This document shows, piece by piece, positions 27,901 through 32,000 of a DNA stretch of 32,000 bases. The first letter of the stretch is position 1; each line of letters starts with the position of its first letter. A program made the position numbers and the translations under genes. Origin of the DNA: Haloquadratum walsbyi C23 (GTDB lineage Archaea; Halobacteriota; Halobacteria; Halobacteriales; Haloferacaceae); assembly GCF_000237865.1 (NCBI RefSeq), contig NC_017459.1, positions 990,001 to 1,022,000 on the forward strand, written 5' to 3'. The notes below the pieces were generated by a model. That model did not search any database, was not told the origin of the DNA, and was given only the letters and a program-made list of their open reading frames with translations.

Positions 27901-29057
27901 TTGGTCTTGACAGTCTTTTCCGCCGGTTTCCAAGTGTTAAAATGGCATGGCGAAATCTCGGTCGCAATCGAATTCGAACAGGGTTAGCGACGCTTGGAAT
28001 CATCATCGGTGTTATTGCAATCGCCTCACTTGGGATGGCTGGCGCTGCACTTCAACAGCAGGCGCAATCGAATTTGGGTAGCCTGACGAATGAAGTGGCG
28101 GTAAGTTCTGGACAAGATAGCACGCAGGACGGTATCACCATTGATCAAGTTGAGCAGATGCGAGATATCATCGCTGATGCTGAAGTTGTCCCGCAAAAGA
28201 CAAATCAAACCACACTTAAATCCCGGGATGGGCAGGAGGTATTCGTCAGTGTCGTTGGGGTTACTAAGGCGAGTGCACTGTATGACACGACTGTCGGTAA
28301 AGCACCCACCCGTCTTCAAAACGGTGCATTAGTAAGTGTTGAAACGGCTCGTGAATTGGGACTTGAACTTGGCGACCCTGTTGAATACGACGGGTCGTTG
28401 TATCGAATCCGTGGATTTCTTGCGGCTGAGGATGGCTTCGGTGGTGGTGGTGGAAATGAACTTGTCCTTCCATTATCTGCACTTTCTGAACAGGAATACT
28501 ACGATTCTGTGACTGTTGTCGCCGCAAGTGGTGAGGCTGCAACCACCGTTGCAGATATACTTGAAGCGGATTTCAATGAACAGGGACGTGACAGTGAGGA
28601 AATCCTGAGTATCAGGAGTTTTGCAAGCACACAAGATAGTATTAATTCATTTTTAAATACGCTTAATCTTGCACTTCTTGGCATTGGATCCATCTCATTG
28701 ATTGTTGCAAGTGTTGCAATTCTAAATGTAATGTTGATGAGTACAATTGAACGCCGCGGGGAAATCGGCGTGCTGAGAGCTGTTGGTATTCGCCGTAGTG
28801 AAGTCCTTCGAATGATCCTCGCAGAGGCAATATTCTTGGGTCTCATCGGTGGTATCGCTGGTGCCATAGCATCACTTGGTGCCGGATATATACTATTTCA
28901 GGTTCTCGCCAGCGACGGAATGTTAGTGTTTACCTGGGCAGGACTCCAACACTTATTATCTGGATTTGCCTTTGCGGTCTTTGCAAGTACCCTGAGTGGG
29001 GTATACCCTGCCTGGAAAGCTGCAAATGATCCACCTGTCAAAGCACTCAGAGGATAA
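27897..29057 (+). CDS. ABC transporter permease, FtsX/MacB-like
   Basis: An N-terminal TM helix, a large extracytoplasmic domain, then three C-terminal TM helices with 'ERRGEIGVLRAVGIRRSEV'. GTGA overlap with the ATPase gene. Confidence 0.85.
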   Translation: MIGLDSLFRRFPSVKMAWRNLGRNRIRTGLATLGIIIGVIAIASLGMAGAALQQQAQSNLGSLTNEVAVSSGQDSTQDGITIDQVEQMRDIIADAEVVPQKTNQTTLKSRDGQEVFVSVVGVTKASALYDTTVGKAPTRLQNGALVSVETARELGLELGDPVEYDGSLYRIRGFLAAEDGFGGGGGNELVLPLSALSEQEYYDSVTVVAASGEAATTVADILEADFNEQGRDSEEILSIRSFASTQDSINSFLNTLNLALLGIGSISLIVASVAILNVMLMSTIERRGEIGVLRAVGIRRSEVLRMILAEAIFLGLIGGIAGAIASLGAGYILFQVLASDGMLVFTWAGLQHLLSGFAFAVFASTLSGVYPAWKAANDPPVKALRG

Positions 29058-29159
29058 TAAACAAATCCCCATACTTGCAATGCACAGGTAATCGAGGCGA
29101 CTGCCTCGGGGGTTGACTCCGGGGTGAGTTCAGTGATAAATACATATGATACAATACTT

Positions 29160-30425
29160 ATGAAACGTCGATCATACCTCCGCCAGAGTGTACTTCCTCT
29201 TATTTCGAGCGCTGGTATTGGTGCTGTATTCGCTGGATGCACCAGGACTGAGAGTGATGATTCGAGAATCACAACATCCGACAAGATGGCATCCACCACG
29301 ACATCTACATCTGCACAATCAGATACCCAAGTATCGCAGGTCCGAATTGAAACTGTCCTCACTGGACTTACACATCCGTGGGGACTGACACACCTGCCCG
29401 ACACTCAGAAATCACTACTTACTGAGCGAGTCGGTCGGTTGCTACTTGTTGATCGGTCAGCGGGCACATATGATCGTGTCAATGGAGTACCAGGCGTATT
29501 TACCCGTGGTCAAGGTGGACTGCTTGATGTTTGTATACACCCATCGTTCCCAGACCCATCATGGGTATATCTGACATATGCGGTTGCTCGCGATGATGGT
29601 GCAACGACAACTGCAGTCGGGCGTGGGCGACTGGACCGCGACGATCCTCGAATTACTGACTTCGAGGCACTCTATTATGCTCGTCCCTATGCCGACTCAG
29701 CAGGTCATTTTGGATCACGTGTCATCGTTGGTCCAGATAATAAGTTATATATAACTGTTGGTGACCGACAGTTCAAAGACTTCGGTCCAGATCATGTCGC
29801 TCAAGACCGAGGGAGCGATCTTGGAGCGACACTCCGATTGAATCTTAATGGAACAATCCCTGATTCAAATCCATTTATTGATGATTCATCCGCGCGAGAT
29901 GCAATATTTAGCTATGGTCATCGGAATGCACAAGGACTGGCTGTTCATCCTGACACAAATGCGATCTGGCAAACGGAATTCGGTGAGCGAGATGGTGACG
30001 AAATAAATATACTGACTGCTGGCGGTAATTACGGCTGGCCAATTGCAGATGAAAGTTGCCAGTACGGGAGTGATGAACCGATTGGTGTCTCACACGGTGA
30101 CCGAGAGGATGTAATCGCACCAGTGTATTCATGGCCATGTGGAAGTGGTGGATTTCCGCCAAGTGGTATGGCGTTTTATGATGCTGAAACAGCCAGCAAA
30201 TCTCGTGGTATTGTGGGGTGGCAGGGAGATCTTTTCGTTGGTGGATTAGCCTCACAGTCACTCGCGCGGTTCCGTATTGACAATCAACAGATTGAATTAA
30301 TTGATCATCTTCTCACGAATCGTGGATGGCGCATTCGTGCTGTTTCTGCCGCTCCGGATACCGGAGCAATATATGCAGTAATTGACTCAGATGATGCAGA
30401 ACTGATTCGGCTTGTGTCTGCTTGA
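29160..30425 (+). CDS. PQQ-dependent sugar (glucose/sorbosone) dehydrogenase-family beta-propeller, Tat lipoprotein
   Basis: 'MKRRSYLRQSVLPLISSAGIGAVFAGC' combines a twin-Arg motif with a lipobox. 'GHRNAQGLAVHP' and 'GGNYGWP' are family signatures. Confidence 0.85.
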   Translation: MKRRSYLRQSVLPLISSAGIGAVFAGCTRTESDDSRITTSDKMASTTTSTSAQSDTQVSQVRIETVLTGLTHPWGLTHLPDTQKSLLTERVGRLLLVDRSAGTYDRVNGVPGVFTRGQGGLLDVCIHPSFPDPSWVYLTYAVARDDGATTTAVGRGRLDRDDPRITDFEALYYARPYADSAGHFGSRVIVGPDNKLYITVGDRQFKDFGPDHVAQDRGSDLGATLRLNLNGTIPDSNPFIDDSSARDAIFSYGHRNAQGLAVHPDTNAIWQTEFGERDGDEINILTAGGNYGWPIADESCQYGSDEPIGVSHGDREDVIAPVYSWPCGSGGFPPSGMAFYDAETASKSRGIVGWQGDLFVGGLASQSLARFRIDNQQIELIDHLLTNRGWRIRAVSAAPDTGAIYAVIDSDDAELIRLVSA

Positions 30426-30439
30426 TATCCTCCTCCACG

Positions 30440-30481
30440 TTTAGTGATTCGACAAACTTCTGGGTGAACTGATTCACTAAA
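30440..30481 (+). terminator. inverted repeat just after the dehydrogenase stop (candidate terminator)
   Basis: 'tttagtgattc' (30440-30450) pairs with 'gattcactaaa' (30471-30481), 11 bp with one mismatch and a 20-nt loop. Confidence 0.3.
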
Positions 30482-30548
30482 TCGATGCGAGAGAACTATT
30501 CTGACTGATGTATGTCTAGTTAAGCACCCACTTCTTCTGTGAACTACT

Positions 30549-30945
30549 ACACGCGGAGGAATTCCACGGCACCACACGCACCGCTGAGTTGGGAGTTTCA
30601 GGTGCAGGTTCACAGGCTGCCGAACTCACACGCCGTGCGAACCAGTGTGCGGTCGAGGAACGGACAGCCTCTTTGAATTGGGAGTATCACAGCTTAAATC
30701 ACGGTACTCCTATCTTCACCCGAAAACGCGCTCCTGTGTTAGTTTCCCCACAGGAGCGGTGGTCGGTGGTCAGTGGTCAGTGGTCGGTTTCACCAGACTC
30801 AGAGTTACTCACGTCAACGCTCGCCCGGTGCTTATTCTTTGTTTCCCACATGGGGCACACTCTGCTTCCAGCGTGGGCGGACACTCATACTTGAACCGCC
30901 ACCTTTCGGGCGCTTGGCTACAGTGGGATCATAGTCAGTGCGCCG
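30549..30945 (+). ncRNA. unassigned candidate structured RNA (GC-rich, hairpin-dense island)
   Basis: G+C is 48 of 80 nt in 30551-30630. Stems: 30562-70/30632-41, 30593-98/30622-27, 30681-88/30703-10, 30730-38/30749-57 (perfect 9 bp), 30876-80/30896-900, and 30909-20/30932-44 (12 bp with one bulge). All four G.U pairs in these stems are valid only on the plus strand. Overlapping ORFs in three frames have non-protein-like composition. Confidence 0.3.
30757..30788. repeat. tandem heptamer (CRGTGGT) x4 plus a partial unit
   Basis: Direct read: cggtggt cggtggt cagtggt cagtggt cggt. Confidence 0.85.
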
Positions 30946-31158
30946 ACAGTTATATATACATCATGTTTCGACCGTTCGGGAACCCCCGGCTGCGACGGCG
31001 CGTGTCCACGGTCTGAGACTATGTGGTATTGTACCTGTATTAGCTATAATCCGCATGAATCGCTTCGGGTATTCGCCTCGACCGCCGATAAAATTTCAGC
31101 CAATGTATCTCTGTTGAAATCCTCAGAGAGTTACATGTTCATCCTGTAATTCCACGAG

Positions 31159-31980
31159 ATGAAGCCCCTCCCGAAGTCGCAAATTCTCCGTTTTACTGAG
31201 AAAGCGATCCGCCTGATCCGCCGAGTAGTCTCCCGGTACTTCTTGAAGTTCTCTAAACACCGCTATACACTTCCCCAACACGTTGTTCTGCTGTGTCTCA
31301 AAGTTCGGAAGAACACGATCTATCGTGGACCGCTTGACGAATTAATCGATATGCCACGCATCCGTCGTGTCCTCGTGTTAGCTGAACTTCCTACGCCATC
31401 AACGCCCTGTAAGACATTCTATCGACTTGATATGACCGTATGGCGTGTCTTATCGACTCTCTCCGTCACGCTACTTCAGACGAGCGGAGTTGTTGGGGTT
31501 GATACGTCAGGATTTGACCACAGTCACGCTTCGAAACACTACACGAAACAAGCCGAATTCACGATTTAGTAGCTCAAAGTAACGCTGCTGGTCGATGCGA
31601 AAGTGAACGCAATTCTCGACCTCCACGTGACGATGACTCGGAAACACGATAGCCAAATCGCTCCGTCGTTGGTTAAGGGCAACGCTGAGAGTATTGATGT
31701 TCTGCTCGGTAACAAAGGCCAGGACGACCAGAAAATCAGGCGACTTGCCCGGCAACACGAAGTTCGGTCACTGATCAAGCATCGTGAGTTCATATCGCTC
31801 CACAAGGCATGGAACACCTATTTAGACGCTGACGTTTAGGATTAACAGAGTCAATCACAGACGGTCAACTCTACGCTCAAGCGGAAATTTGATTCGTTCG
31901 CCCGCTCACGGCACTGGTGGAAATAGTTCCGTGAACTCACTATCGCTTGTCTCAGTCACAATATCGACCGATCACTCTGA
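31159..31980 (+). pseudogene. IS5-family (haloarchaeal ISH-type) DDE transposase, inactivated by in-frame stop codons
   Basis: A single reading frame carries 'GVDTSGFDHSHASKHY', 'LKVTLLVD..ILDLHVT..RKHDS', 'LIKHREF', 'TVNSTLKRKF' and 'RHWWK'. It is interrupted by stops at 31567, 31570, 31837, 31843 and 31924, and ends at the TGA at 31978-31980. I saw no frameshift. Confidence 0.8.
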
Positions 31981-32000
31981 ATGGTCAAGACAGATCCTCT

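Noticed and set aside
19245-29120. Related GC-rich strings 'cggggtcaacc' (19245), 'cggggtcaagcc' (20090) and 'gggggttgac' (29107, reverse-complement sense) in three intergenic or RNA regions
   Set aside because: The shared core is only 8-9 nt and its orientation and context differ between sites. It could be a weak terminator-type motif, but I cannot separate it from chance without genome-wide counts.
30739-30862. 'GTTTCCCCACAGGAG' (30743-30757) and 'GTTTCCCACATGGGG' (30841-30855), which resemble archaeal origin-recognition-box cores (GTTTCCACTGGAA)
   Set aside because: The match is only partial. There is no flanking AT-rich unwinding element bracketed by inverted ORBs and no orc1/cdc6 gene in the window. 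The first copy forms the loop and 3' arm of a perfect hairpin.
30305-31016. Three overlapping ORFs of 101-123 aa (30305-30613 minus, 30589-30894 plus, 30645-31016 plus)
   Set aside because: They are open in several frames at once across the second GC-rich island and are rich in Arg, Cys, Trp and His. A weak 'VRVVPWNSSACS' string on the minus strand resembles a TnpB 'V.V.P..TS..CS' motif, but no other TnpB block surrounds it, so I did not call a TnpB pseudogene.

Overview
The window looks like chromosomal DNA from a low-GC haloarchaeon. The proteins are very acidic, two secreted proteins carry Tat plus lipobox signals, ISH-type insertion sequences are present, and the intergenic DNA is AT-rich. 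This resembles Haloquadratum, but that is my impression and no search was run. Most of the window is housekeeping: a crtI-family desaturase, thymidine kinase, a RecJ-like DHH protein, Elp3, an NFACT(Rqc2/RqcH)-Pelota pair, Hsp20, an Lrp-aminotransferase pair, a surface protein/ABC/FtsX operon and a PQQ-dependent dehydrogenase. Mobile DNA consists of one intact DDE insertion sequence (about 16449-17772) and one decayed IS5-type transposase (31159-31980). I found no recognisable defence or toxin system and no CRISPR array. The least explained parts are two GC-rich, hairpin-dense islands without convincing ORFs, set in AT-rich surroundings. Island 1 (20082-20414, minus strand) is probably a structured RNA. 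Its helix order resembles RNase P RNA, but its CR-I/P4 motif is not canonical, so the identity is open. It sits exactly between the two halves of a 49-nt module (a hairpin plus a promoter-like segment) that occurs unsplit at 18324-18372. Island 2 (about 30549-30945, and possibly to 31010, plus strand) has at least six stable stems, with G.U pairs that are valid only on the plus strand, and a 7-mer tandem repeat. I could not assign it to any RNA family. Several conserved proteins carry low-complexity acidic or Thr-rich insertions, one of which is encoded by a hexanucleotide microsatellite. All functional calls come from motif recognition by eye.
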